From a candidate division WOR-3 bacterium (lineage in GTDB: Bacteria > Hydrothermota > Tepidihabitantia > Tepidihabitantales > CAIPLT01), in the NCBI GenBank assembly GCA_039801505.1, contig JBDRUV010000001.1, positions 459,361 to 523,360 of the forward strand: a stretch of 64,000 nucleotides of DNA, written 5' to 3'. The notes under the pieces were generated by a model. It did no database searches, was not told where the DNA came from, and saw only the letters and a program-made list of their open reading frames with translations. The position numbers and the translations under genes were made by a program. Shown piece after piece: positions 36,441 to 45,303 of this stretch (position 1 is the stretch's first letter; every line of letters starts with the position of its first letter).

Positions 36441-38246
36441 ATGATTGCCAAAGAAAAAATCACACGAATTTTGGCTACGGATTGTGGTAGTACAACAACT
36501 AAAGCTATTTTAATTGAAAAACAATTAAATGGTGAATATCGACTCAAGACCCGCGGTGAAGCACCAACAACTGTTGAAGCACCCTTTGAAGACGTGACTC
36601 GTGGGGTACTCAACGCAATTCGTGAAGTGGAGGAACTTTCCGGATGCGTAATTTTGGATGGGGAGAAAATTATTAAGCCTAAACGGAAGGAAAAAGAAGG
36701 TGTTGACATATACATATCAACATCTTCCGCCGGTGGCGGCCTACAAATGATGGTTGCGGGCGTCGTACTAACTATGACTGCCGAAAGTGCTGCGCGAGCA
36801 GCATTAGGTGCTGGGGCAATTGTTATGGATGTGATTGCTTCTAACGACGGGCGATTACCCCATGAAAAAATCGAGCGAATTAGAAATCTAAGGCCAGATA
36901 TGATACTACTTTCCGGTGGGGTAGATGGGGGGACGGTGTCCCATGTGGTTGAGTTGGCCGAGCTAATTCGAGCCGCTGATCCGAAACCACGATTTGGAAC
37001 TGGTTATAATCTACCGGTGATTTATGCCGGTAATAAGGACGCTCGGGAATTAATTTTGAAGACTTTAAAGGATAAAACCGAACTGGTAATTGTAGAAAAC
37101 ATTCGTCCGGTACTAGAGCGAGAGAATTTAATGCCCGCTCGTCATAGAATCCATGATCTTTTTATGGAACACGTAATGGCACATGCCCCGGGGTATAAAA
37201 AATTAATGGAATGGACTGATATTCCAATTATGCCAACGCCGGGTGCGGTCGGTTTACTGATTGAGAATCTAGGGAAACAAAATAATATAGATGTTTTAGG
37301 TGTTGACATTGGTGGTGCCACAACAGATGTTTTTTCGGTCTTTTCGGGGATTTTTAATCGGACAGTCAGTGCTAATTTAGGTATGTCATACAGTATTTCC
37401 AATGTTCTAGCTGAAGCTGGAGAGGCGAACATAATGCGATGGATTCCTTTCGAGATATCGGTTGCCGAGGTTCGAAATCGTATTCGTAACAAAATGATTA
37501 GACCAACCACGATTCCGGCTACTTTAGAAGAATTAAAGATTGAGCACGCAATTGCTCGAGAAGCATTACGTTTGGCATTAGAACAGCATAAGTCGATGGC
37601 CGTAGGGCTCAAAGGTATCCAACAGGAACGAACAATTTCCGATGCCTTTGCGCAAAAGATGACTGGTGAGACCCTTGTTAACATGATGAATTTGAATCTG
37701 ATTGTAGGTTCTGGAGGAATCCTTTCCCATGCACCCAGAAGAGTACAATCAGCTTTAATGATGATCGATGCTTTTTTACCCGAAGGTATTACCCGCCTTG
37801 CAGTTGATAGTATTTTTATGATGCCTCATTTGGGTGTTTTAACTACAGTGCACCCTGAAGCAGCTTATGAGGTGTTCGAAAAAGACTGTTTAGTTAAACT
37901 GGGTACGTGTATTGCACCGGTCGGCGAAGGTAAACCTGGTAGTAAATGTGTAACAGTAAAGTTTACTCATCCGGAACAAGGAGAGTTGGAAATTGGCGTA
38001 AATTACGGTGATATTTGTTTAATTCCATTAGATCGTCCAGTTCCTAAAGCTATTGTGCGACCAGCAAAAGGATTCGATGTTGGTGCGGGAAAAGGGAAAG
38101 ACCTTGTTACCCAATTGGAAGGAGGTGTGGTAGGATTAATTATCGATTGTCGGGGACGACAACCATTTAATATTCCAGAAACAACTCAAGCCCGCATTGA
38201 ATTTCTACAAAAAACAATTAGAGCGCTTAATGCTTATCCAACGTGA
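36441..38246 (+). CDS. GlmL/MutL-like ASKHA-fold ATPase (glutamate mutase accessory protein family)
   Basis: N-terminal phosphate-1 motif ATDCGSTTTKA and a second ATPase-half motif GVDIGGATTDV. About 600 aa, as in GlmL-family proteins. Confidence 0.7.
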   Translation: MIAKEKITRILATDCGSTTTKAILIEKQLNGEYRLKTRGEAPTTVEAPFEDVTRGVLNAIREVEELSGCVILDGEKIIKPKRKEKEGVDIYISTSSAGGGLQMMVAGVVLTMTAESAARAALGAGAIVMDVIASNDGRLPHEKIERIRNLRPDMILLSGGVDGGTVSHVVELAELIRAADPKPRFGTGYNLPVIYAGNKDARELILKTLKDKTELVIVENIRPVLERENLMPARHRIHDLFMEHVMAHAPGYKKLMEWTDIPIMPTPGAVGLLIENLGKQNNIDVLGVDIGGATTDVFSVFSGIFNRTVSANLGMSYSISNVLAEAGEANIMRWIPFEISVAEVRNRIRNKMIRPTTIPATLEELKIEHAIAREALRLALEQHKSMAVGLKGIQQERTISDAFAQKMTGETLVNMMNLNLIVGSGGILSHAPRRVQSALMMIDAFLPEGITRLAVDSIFMMPHLGVLTTVHPEAAYEVFEKDCLVKLGTCIAPVGEGKPGSKCVTVKFTHPEQGELEIGVNYGDICLIPLDRPVPKAIVRPAKGFDVGAGKGKDLVTQLEGGVVGLIIDCRGRQPFNIPETTQARIEFLQKTIRALNAYPT

Positions 38247-38253
38247 TTAATTT

Positions 38254-39504
38254 ATGGATTTAAAGTTTATCAGAAACAATCCGGAATTAGCGAAAAGAAT
38301 TATCGAAAAGCGTAATGAATCAGTTTCGATTGATGAGCTCTTACTTATTGACACAGAACGACGGAAATTAATTCAAATGTGCGACCAAATGAGAATGGAA
38401 CATCGACAGCTCACTGACGAAATAGCGTTGCGAAAAATACAGGGAAAACCCACGGAAGAATTAATAACTCAAGCCAAAGAATTAGCAGACCGAATTAAAA
38501 CTGTCGAGACGCAGCTTAAGCAAAAAGAAAAAGAATTAGCAGATAAATTAGCTTATGTGCCGAATATTATTCACGAATCAGTACCGGACGAGGATACAAT
38601 TGTTAGTGAGTGGGGCGAAATTCCCAAATTTACTTTTAAACCCAGACCACATTGGGAATTAGGAGAAGCTTTAGGTATAATAGATTTTAAACGAGCCGCG
38701 AAACTAGCGGGTTCTAGGTTTACTTTATTTAAAGGTCTCGGGGCTCTTTTAGAGCGGGCTCTAATTAATTTTTGTTTAGATATTCATGTAAAGACACATG
38801 GTTATACAGAAATAAATCCCCCAATATTAAATTTAGAATATTGCTTTTATAATAGTGGGGCGTTACCCAAATTAGTCGACGAAATGTATCGTTGTGCTAA
38901 CGATCCTTTCTATTTAATACCAACAGCGGAAGTTCCTTTAGTAAATCTTCATCAAAACGAATGCTTTACTGAAGAAGAATTGCCCAAATATTATGCAGCT
39001 TACACTCCGTGTTTTCGAAGAGAAGCCGGTTCCTACGGGAAAGATGTTAGAGGAATGATTAGAATTCATCAGTTCGATAAAGTTGAACTAGTAAAATTTA
39101 CCATACCAGAAGAATCTTACTTCGAGCATGAAAAAATGCGAGCAGATGTTGAGGAACTTCTTAAGTTATTAGAGTTACCGTATCGCGTAAAATTACTTTC
39201 TCCCCAAGAAATGGCTTTTCAATCGGCAAAAACCTATGATCTTGAAGTCTGGGCGGCAGGTTGTGAAGCATGGCTTGAGGTTTCTTCAATATCAAATTGT
39301 GAAAGCTTTCAGGCCAGACGTGCTAATATTCGAGTTCGAAGAAAAAACAACAATTTAGAATATGTGCACATACTAAACGGATCAGGTTTAGCCTTTCCCA
39401 GAATTTTTATTGCACTTATTGAAAACAATCAACAACCCGACGGATCTATTGTAGTCCCTGAAGCACTGCGACCTTATATGGGTGGAATTAAAAAAATTTC
39501 ATGA
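38254..39504 (+). CDS. serS: seryl-tRNA synthetase
   Basis: N-terminal coiled coil and class II motifs (FRREAGS, GSGLAFPR). Confidence 0.95.
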   Translation: MDLKFIRNNPELAKRIIEKRNESVSIDELLLIDTERRKLIQMCDQMRMEHRQLTDEIALRKIQGKPTEELITQAKELADRIKTVETQLKQKEKELADKLAYVPNIIHESVPDEDTIVSEWGEIPKFTFKPRPHWELGEALGIIDFKRAAKLAGSRFTLFKGLGALLERALINFCLDIHVKTHGYTEINPPILNLEYCFYNSGALPKLVDEMYRCANDPFYLIPTAEVPLVNLHQNECFTEEELPKYYAAYTPCFRREAGSYGKDVRGMIRIHQFDKVELVKFTIPEESYFEHEKMRADVEELLKLLELPYRVKLLSPQEMAFQSAKTYDLEVWAAGCEAWLEVSSISNCESFQARRANIRVRRKNNNLEYVHILNGSGLAFPRIFIALIENNQQPDGSIVVPEALRPYMGGIKKIS

Positions 39505-39513
39505 AATTTACCC

Positions 39514-40113
39514 ATGAAAAACGAACAGCTTAATCAAATAAAACAAGAAATCATAAAATTGGCGAAGTTTATTTATACCGGTAAATACGTTGTAGCCACT
39601 GATGGTAATATCAGCGTACGAATAGATTCCCAAACGATGTTAATTACAAAAAAAAATGTATGTAAAGGAGAAATTGGATTAAAAGACGTAATATTGGTTT
39701 CATTAAAATCTTATCAAAGATATTTTAGTAAATTAACACCGCAACCTTCTAGTGAATATCAAATGCACCAGGAGATATATAAAAATCGCGATGATATTAA
39801 AGTTGTTATTCACGCTCATCCTTTATATGCGACATTAATCGGAATCACTGGTATTAAGTTAAAGGTCAATTTATTAGCTGAAATTGAAAAATTCATAGGG
39901 CCCGTCGGTATTGTTGGATATTATGAACCAGGCAGTGTTCAATTAGCAGATGCCGTTGCAAGAAAAGCCCGGGAATGTAACTCCATAATTCTTAAACGCC
40001 ACGGAGTAGTGGTTATGGGGATAGATGCTTTGGAGACCCGATATCGACTAGAACGGTTAGAACGGTTTGCTGAAATTTTGTTTTTATACAATCTGGCAAC
40101 TAACTCCAAGTAA
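39514..40113 (+). CDS. class II aldolase/adducin-family protein
   Basis: Metal-binding His pattern (VIHAHP..) and a length typical of FucA/MtnB-like proteins. Confidence 0.8.
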   Translation: MKNEQLNQIKQEIIKLAKFIYTGKYVVATDGNISVRIDSQTMLITKKNVCKGEIGLKDVILVSLKSYQRYFSKLTPQPSSEYQMHQEIYKNRDDIKVVIHAHPLYATLIGITGIKLKVNLLAEIEKFIGPVGIVGYYEPGSVQLADAVARKARECNSIILKRHGVVVMGIDALETRYRLERLERFAEILFLYNLATNSK

Positions 40114-40171
40114 GGCTGGTTTTACAAAAGTTGATGAGTGAATCGTTTTTTTTGCGGCTAGTGGCTAAACG

Positions 40172-41131
40172 TTAAGGATTTATTTCTGACCACTTACCGC
40201 ATCGATCACCATACCGATCAATTATTTGAGAATTCTTGTAAGTTTCAACGACTTCGCAGAAATTAGCGCAATCGTGACATTCAAATGTCTTAGTTTGAAA
40301 ATTAATATCCAGAAGCGCAGGACCAACAAATTTAGTTGATAGATTTTTTTGAACATAATCTTGAGCTAGAAAGGCGGCGCCGATTGCACCCATAACTAGA
40401 AAATATCGAGGGACGATAACTTGCATCCTTAACGCTCGTTCAAAAGCTGCTTTTACCCCAATATTAGCGGCGACTCCGCCCTGGAATAAAACTAGCGGTT
40501 CAATGGGTTTTCCCTTGGCTACAGTACTTAAATAGTTTCTTACAATTGCATCGCATAATCCCCGAATGATTTCTTCAACGGAAATACCAAGCTGTGCCTT
40601 ATGAATCATATCGCTTTCAGCAAATACGGTACATCTTCCGGCAATCGTTGCACCTGATGTTGCTTTTAAGGCATAAGTTCCAAATTCTTCGATTGGAATT
40701 CCTAATCGAGTTGCTTGGTGTTCTAAAAAGGAACCAGTTCCAGCAGCGCAAACGGTGTTCATGGCAAAATCAATAGGAACGCCGTCCTTTAGTAAAATGA
40801 TTTTTGAGTCTTGACCACCAATTTCGATAATTGTTCTTGCTTCAGGATAGAAATGAGAAGCGGCTACGGCGTGAGTAATAATTTCATTTTTAATCACATC
40901 GGCACCAACGATTACTCCAGCCAACCGGCGAGCCGAACCAGTTGTTCCCACTCCTTTTATTTCAATATTTTTGTTTTCATTGAAGAGTTCCGCGACAAGT
41001 TTTTTAATGGCCTCAATTGGCCGACCCAGAGTGCGTAAATAACTTGATCTAATTACCTCGCGGTTCTCATCAATTAACACACCTTTGGTTGATATTGAAC
41101 CAACATCGATTCCCAAATAGGCTTTTAGCAT
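40172..41131 (-). CDS. BcrAD/BadFG-family ATPase (2-hydroxyacyl-CoA dehydratase activase-like) with a Cys-rich C-terminal extension
   Basis: LGIDVGSISTKGV and GGQDSK ASKHA motifs. C-terminal CHDCANFCE...CG. Confidence 0.85.
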   Translation of the reverse strand: MLKAYLGIDVGSISTKGVLIDENREVIRSSYLRTLGRPIEAIKKLVAELFNENKNIEIKGVGTTGSARRLAGVIVGADVIKNEIITHAVAASHFYPEARTIIEIGGQDSKIILLKDGVPIDFAMNTVCAAGTGSFLEHQATRLGIPIEEFGTYALKATSGATIAGRCTVFAESDMIHKAQLGISVEEIIRGLCDAIVRNYLSTVAKGKPIEPLVLFQGGVAANIGVKAAFERALRMQVIVPRYFLVMGAIGAAFLAQDYVQKNLSTKFVGPALLDINFQTKTFECHDCANFCEVVETYKNSQIIDRYGDRCGKWSEINP

Positions 41132-41143
41132 ATCTTAGCGATG

Positions 41144-42193
41144 TTAAAGATTTTTTCTTTTTATTAGTTCAACAAATGCTTCAAGTCTGGTAAGTAAACC
41201 AGTTTTCGAGGTGTGTTCATCAATAGATATTGAAAGAAGCGGTATTGCGTAATCGTGTGCCATTTTTTCTAAAGCTTCATAAGCGATATTTTCTGGCATG
41301 CAAGTGAAAGGATAAATATGGATAATTCCATCAATACCCGTTTTGCAAAAACCATGGGCTTCGCCTACCGTTTTAATGGCCTCACCTCCCGGGGAGTCTT
41401 TTAAATACTTATAGGCATCGATAATGATTTTAAGTTCTGAAGTATCAATGTGTAATAAATGCTTAAGATGTCGATAAAGACTTCGTCGGCCGATCACTAC
41501 TACGCCCATTTTACCTAGTTCTTTTTCGATGTCGTGATTAGCAAATGGTTCAAGCATTAGATAGATTTCACCGACTAATCCAATTTTTATTATTCTTTTT
41601 TTGAATTTGAAAAGTGGCTGAAAAAGTTCTTTTAGTTTGTTTTTCGCCTTTCGAATTGCTGATAAGTTTGAGACATTTTCGATTATCCGCAAGGCCTCAG
41701 ATTCTTTTTTTTGGGCACTGGTAAAATCAATGGCACGAGCTAATCGAATCAGTTTTCGATAATAATCAATTAAAGCGCTGTGGTGGAGAAGTAACCATGT
41801 AGCATAAATTACTCTTCTTGGTGATACTCCAAAAATTTTCGGTATTTTCTTAAAGAAAAATTCATATGGTGTATATTGACTAATTGCGTAAAATTGATGG
41901 TGATTACTAATTTTTTTTAAAATATCCTCTTGCAGATAGTGATAATAACCAAAACGGCACTTCCGAGCCCCAGCTGCCATCAATAGAGTATCAGCACCAG
42001 CTTCAAGAGCTTCGACAAAGCTTCCTAATGTAATTTTGAACGGTAAACAAATAAGTTCAGGCGAATATTTAGCTCCAAGACTTAAAGTTCGAGCAGTAAG
42101 CGGTGAACCCAGGCAGACCTCTGCACCTAACATTTCTACAAATTTTTTCAGGGCAATTGTATCATAACCTAAATAGGGGAAAGCTACTTTCAT
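41144..42193 (-). CDS. acyl-CoA dehydratase activase-related protein (DUF2229-like)
   Basis: SPELICLPFK motif and a C-terminal IDEHTS..GL.TR.EAF motif. It matches the paralogue upstream. Confidence 0.7.
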   Translation of the reverse strand: MKVAFPYLGYDTIALKKFVEMLGAEVCLGSPLTARTLSLGAKYSPELICLPFKITLGSFVEALEAGADTLLMAAGARKCRFGYYHYLQEDILKKISNHHQFYAISQYTPYEFFFKKIPKIFGVSPRRVIYATWLLLHHSALIDYYRKLIRLARAIDFTSAQKKESEALRIIENVSNLSAIRKAKNKLKELFQPLFKFKKRIIKIGLVGEIYLMLEPFANHDIEKELGKMGVVVIGRRSLYRHLKHLLHIDTSELKIIIDAYKYLKDSPGGEAIKTVGEAHGFCKTGIDGIIHIYPFTCMPENIAYEALEKMAHDYAIPLLSISIDEHTSKTGLLTRLEAFVELIKRKNL

Positions 42194-42218
42194 ATTCCCT
42201 AAAATAATCAGTATATAG

Positions 42219-43112
42219 TTAGTTCGTAATCGGTGCTATATTGAGACATTGTTTTTTGATTATCTCGCAAAAAGCCTCGATGCGCGTTACAAGTCCAGTT
42301 GGGGAAGTGTGTTCATCGATAATTAACTGCATAAATGGTTTAGTCCGAGCTTGGGCTTCTTTCAGCATAATTTCACTGATTAAGGAATCCGGTCCACAGC
42401 CAAATGAGATAATATTACAAACCCCCTGGGCATGCGGCAATAGATAATAAAACGCGTTATATAATTCCCGTTCATATACCCAACGAATATTTTTTGCAAA
42501 ACCCTTAGTGCTAGTTAATAGTTTATTATCTAAGTGTTCTTTAGTAATAATTGTAAAACCTTGATTTTTAAAGGTGTTAATTATCGTTCGACTAATATAA
42601 TCATCATAAATATTGTAGAAATGACTTAATAATAAAATTTTCGGTTTGCCATTAGGGGGTGGGGGTTGTGTATGCTTAAGATAGGTTGAAGCTTCTTTTA
42701 AGGCCCACTTAACTTTTAAAGGATTTTTTGTGAACCGTAGGCCGAGCCAAAAGTGTGCCCAATAAAAATTATTTTTGATTTTTGGTGCAATTAGTTGAAA
42801 TTGTCCGGCAAAGCGCAATCGAGCGATATCGACGATACCAATCATTTTCGGACAGGTATAAAGACCGCCGTTAAGTTCAACAAATCGCGGTAAAAACACA
42901 TGGGTTACTTTATTCTTTAACCAATCAAGATGGCCGCAGATAATTTTTACCGGTAAGCAGATTTCACTGGAAATATACTTTAACCCTTGATCGAGAATTT
43001 TCTTATTAGTTGGCGGCGAAACTACAATATCAACATCTAATTTTTTAAAAAAATGCACCCAGAATTCGCCATACCGATAATACAAAAGGGCTCGCGGGAT
43101 ACCAATCGTCAT
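42219..43112 (-). CDS. acyl-CoA dehydratase activase-related protein (DUF2229-like)
   Basis: IGIPRALLYY N-terminus, SEICLPVK, and IDEHTSPTGLVTRIEAF. Confidence 0.7.
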   Translation of the reverse strand: MTIGIPRALLYYRYGEFWVHFFKKLDVDIVVSPPTNKKILDQGLKYISSEICLPVKIICGHLDWLKNKVTHVFLPRFVELNGGLYTCPKMIGIVDIARLRFAGQFQLIAPKIKNNFYWAHFWLGLRFTKNPLKVKWALKEASTYLKHTQPPPPNGKPKILLLSHFYNIYDDYISRTIINTFKNQGFTIITKEHLDNKLLTSTKGFAKNIRWVYERELYNAFYYLLPHAQGVCNIISFGCGPDSLISEIMLKEAQARTKPFMQLIIDEHTSPTGLVTRIEAFCEIIKKQCLNIAPITN

Positions 43113-43120
43113 GGTATTTT

Positions 43121-43149
43121 AGTTTATTAGGAATTATTATGAATGTCAA
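43121..43149 (-). promoter_or_regulatory. sigma70-type promoter of the DUF2229/activase operon (leaderless geometry)
   Basis: On the minus strand: TTGACA (43149-43144), 17-nt spacer, TAAACT (43126-43121). 8 nt to the ATG (43112), no SD. Confidence 0.55.
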
Positions 43150-43300
43150 TATGAAGAAAGACGCTTAGTAAATTATGTCGATGACAAACTTATGCTGAAA
43201 CAACCACCTGATAACTCGTTCTGGGCAGTTTGCTAAAGTTCTAAGTTCAGTATTTATTAATGTTAGATTAAAGACGGTGAAGAGATGGTTTGTAATAGAC

Positions 43301-43338
43301 TTACCGTGTAGGGGACGGTACCCGTAAGGGTCCAGGGG
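43301..43338. repeat. GC-rich hairpin core of the spacer-element family (copy E)
   Basis: tTACCGTgtaggggACGGTAcccgtaagggtccagggg. The string GGGGACGGTACCCG is shared exactly with the reverse complement of copy A (233-246). Confidence 0.5.
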
Positions 43339-43485
43339 TTAGATGAAGTAAAAAACCAGATTTTTCTGATGGACCTAAAAGATATTATTGCTAGTGTGTC
43401 ATATAGATACGCAAAACCTCAAAATAGTTGAAATTATTAACAACCCCACACTAGTTGCTCGTTAATTTTTATTTTTTATTGAATA

Positions 43486-43516
43486 TCAAGAGCTTGATAT
43501 AAGAAATAGCTCTTGA
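43486..43516. promoter_or_regulatory. 9-bp inverted repeat overlapping the pilT -35 box (candidate operator)
   Basis: TCAAGAGCT (43486-43494), 13-nt spacer, AGCTCTTGA (43508-43516). The right arm overlaps TTGACA at 43513-43518. Confidence 0.4.
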
Positions 43517-43540
43517 CACTGATTTAATATAATATATAAT
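43513..43540 (+). promoter_or_regulatory. sigma70-type promoter of pilT (leaderless geometry)
   Basis: TTGACA at 43513-43518, 16-nt spacer, TATAAT at 43535-43540. 6 nt to the ATG at 43547. Confidence 0.6.
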
Positions 43541-43546
43541 AAATTG

Positions 43547-44677
43547 ATGACGGTCCAGGTTACGCCAGCAGTCGAAACTTTTTTCGAACAGCTTCTTGAG
43601 GAATGTATTAGAAGGAACGCCTCGGATTTGCATTTGACGGTTGGGCTACCGCCGGTCTTTAGAATCGACGGTGTTTTGCGGCCGATGGAAAATGCTCCGG
43701 TTTTAGAGCCGACAATTACCGAACAGATAAAAGATATTACGGTGGAAAGCGCTCCCCAGATAAGACATTTGATTACCGAAGACGGTGGTGCTGATTTTAG
43801 TTTAAGTTTTCGAGATTTAGCCCGGTTTCGTGTGGCAATTTATCGTCAGAAAGGATATTATGGATTGGCCCTACGATTGATACCTAATAAAATATTACCC
43901 TTTGAAGAAATTGGATTTTTGCCGCATCAAATTCCTCGTATCAAGAATTTACTAGACCGCCCGCATGGATTAATTCTGGTTACTGGACCGACTGGTTCTG
44001 GTAAGACAACAACCCAGGCAACTTTTGTTGATTATATTCTAGAAAGTCCCCGGCATGTATTAACTATTGAGGATCCAATTGAATTTGTTCATAGTCATAA
44101 AAAGGGTATAATTACGCAACGAGAAGTTGGAGTTGATGTACCGTCATTCCGAGAAGCCATAATGAAAGGGCTACGGTCTAATCCCAATGTGATATTAGTA
44201 GCCGAAATCCGAGACATTGCAACTGCTGAGGCCACAATCTGGGCTGCCGAGTCTGGCCATTTAGTAATTGGTACGCTTCATACGACAAATGCTTCCGAAA
44301 CCGTGACGCGGTTTATTGATATCTTTCCGCCGGAGATTCGAGATCAGATTCGAGTCCAATTCTCTATTTCACTATTAGCAATTTTTGCCCAGCGGCTTGT
44401 ACCGCGGGCTACTGGCCGTGGTCGAATTGCGGTATTTGAAATTATGATCGCCACTCCAGCAGTCCGAAATTTAATTCGCGAGCGTAAAGTTGAACATCTA
44501 CCATCAGCGATTCAATCGGCAATTTCTGAAGGTAGCTGTACTTTTGACATGGCGTTAGCTGAGCATTATCGAAGCGGCTTAATTACCTTTGAAACCGCCT
44601 TAGCTAATGCCTTTGATCCTCGAGCTCTGCGGGAAATGGTCGAGATGGGTATAAAAAGTCGGTTTGCCGAACGATAG
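43547..44677 (+). CDS. pilT: type IV pilus twitching-motility ATPase PilT family
   Basis: ASDLHL motif, Walker A GPTGSGKTTT, and Asp/His boxes (VAEIRD, GHLVIGTLHT). The alternative start is TTG 43544. Confidence 0.9.
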   Translation: MTVQVTPAVETFFEQLLEECIRRNASDLHLTVGLPPVFRIDGVLRPMENAPVLEPTITEQIKDITVESAPQIRHLITEDGGADFSLSFRDLARFRVAIYRQKGYYGLALRLIPNKILPFEEIGFLPHQIPRIKNLLDRPHGLILVTGPTGSGKTTTQATFVDYILESPRHVLTIEDPIEFVHSHKKGIITQREVGVDVPSFREAIMKGLRSNPNVILVAEIRDIATAEATIWAAESGHLVIGTLHTTNASETVTRFIDIFPPEIRDQIRVQFSISLLAIFAQRLVPRATGRGRIAVFEIMIATPAVRNLIRERKVEHLPSAIQSAISEGSCTFDMALAEHYRSGLITFETALANAFDPRALREMVEMGIKSRFAER

Positions 44678-45296
44678 ATTAGACTTAATTGTGCATCCCA
44701 TTCCAACTTTGATATTTTTTTTAGTAGGTTTTATAATAGGCAGTATTCCTTTTGGCTATCTTATTTCAAAGTTAGAAGGAATTGATATTAGGCATTACGG
44801 AAGTAAGAATATTGGTTTTACTAATGTTTATCGGATTTTAGGCCCGAAATACGCTGTGCCAGTTTTAGTTTTAGATATGCTAAAAGGGTTTTTACCGACG
44901 TTTCTATCAAAGCCTTTTAATAACCTGGCCGTTGTTATAGGTTTGGGTACAATTTTGGGTCATACTTTTACTCCCTGGCTGTATTTTCGTGGTGGCAAAG
45001 GCGTTGCGACTACAATCGGTGTTGCCTTGGCATTAATTCCCGAAGTGCTGTTAGCAGGGATTTTAATATATAGTTTAGTTCTAATATTTTTTCGCTATGT
45101 TTCGTTGGCATCGATAATTTTTGGTATCAGTTTGCCAATATTAGTACTATTTTTTAATCCCGGAAACAAATTATTATTAACAACAAGCACAATCATTGGG
45201 ATATTAATAATTATTCGTCACTACACGAATATTTTGCGACTCATAAATCGAGTTGAACCTAAATTTGATTATACAAAATTTTTTAAGAAAAAATAA
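44664..45296 (+). CDS. plsY: glycerol-3-phosphate acyltransferase PlsY
   Basis: GSKNIGFTNVYR motif (a variant of GSGN.GATN), GKGVAT, and a multi-TM profile. The start is uncertain: TTG 44664 or GTG 44691. Confidence 0.85.
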   Translation: MPNDRLDLIVHPIPTLIFFLVGFIIGSIPFGYLISKLEGIDIRHYGSKNIGFTNVYRILGPKYAVPVLVLDMLKGFLPTFLSKPFNNLAVVIGLGTILGHTFTPWLYFRGGKGVATTIGVALALIPEVLLAGILIYSLVLIFFRYVSLASIIFGISLPILVLFFNPGNKLLLTTSTIIGILIIIRHYTNILRLINRVEPKFDYTKFFKKK

Positions 45297-45303
45297 AGAA
45301 AAT

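Noticed and set aside
40114-40171. A bidirectional terminator between the convergent aldolase and activase genes (T8 run at 40154-40161).
   Set aside because: I could not find a convincing stem-loop adjacent to the T/A run.
43221-43236. A sigma54-like element, ctGGgcagtttGCta, in the pilT-side spacer.
   Set aside because: The GG-to-GC spacing is about 7 nt rather than the required 10, so it does not fit the -24/-12 consensus.
43113-43543. A c-di-GMP (GEMM) riboswitch upstream of pilT.
   Set aside because: I found no GNRA tetraloop/receptor arrangement or conserved ACGCACAGGGCAAACC-like core. In addition, the pilT promoter sits downstream of the spacer, so the spacer is not the pilT leader.
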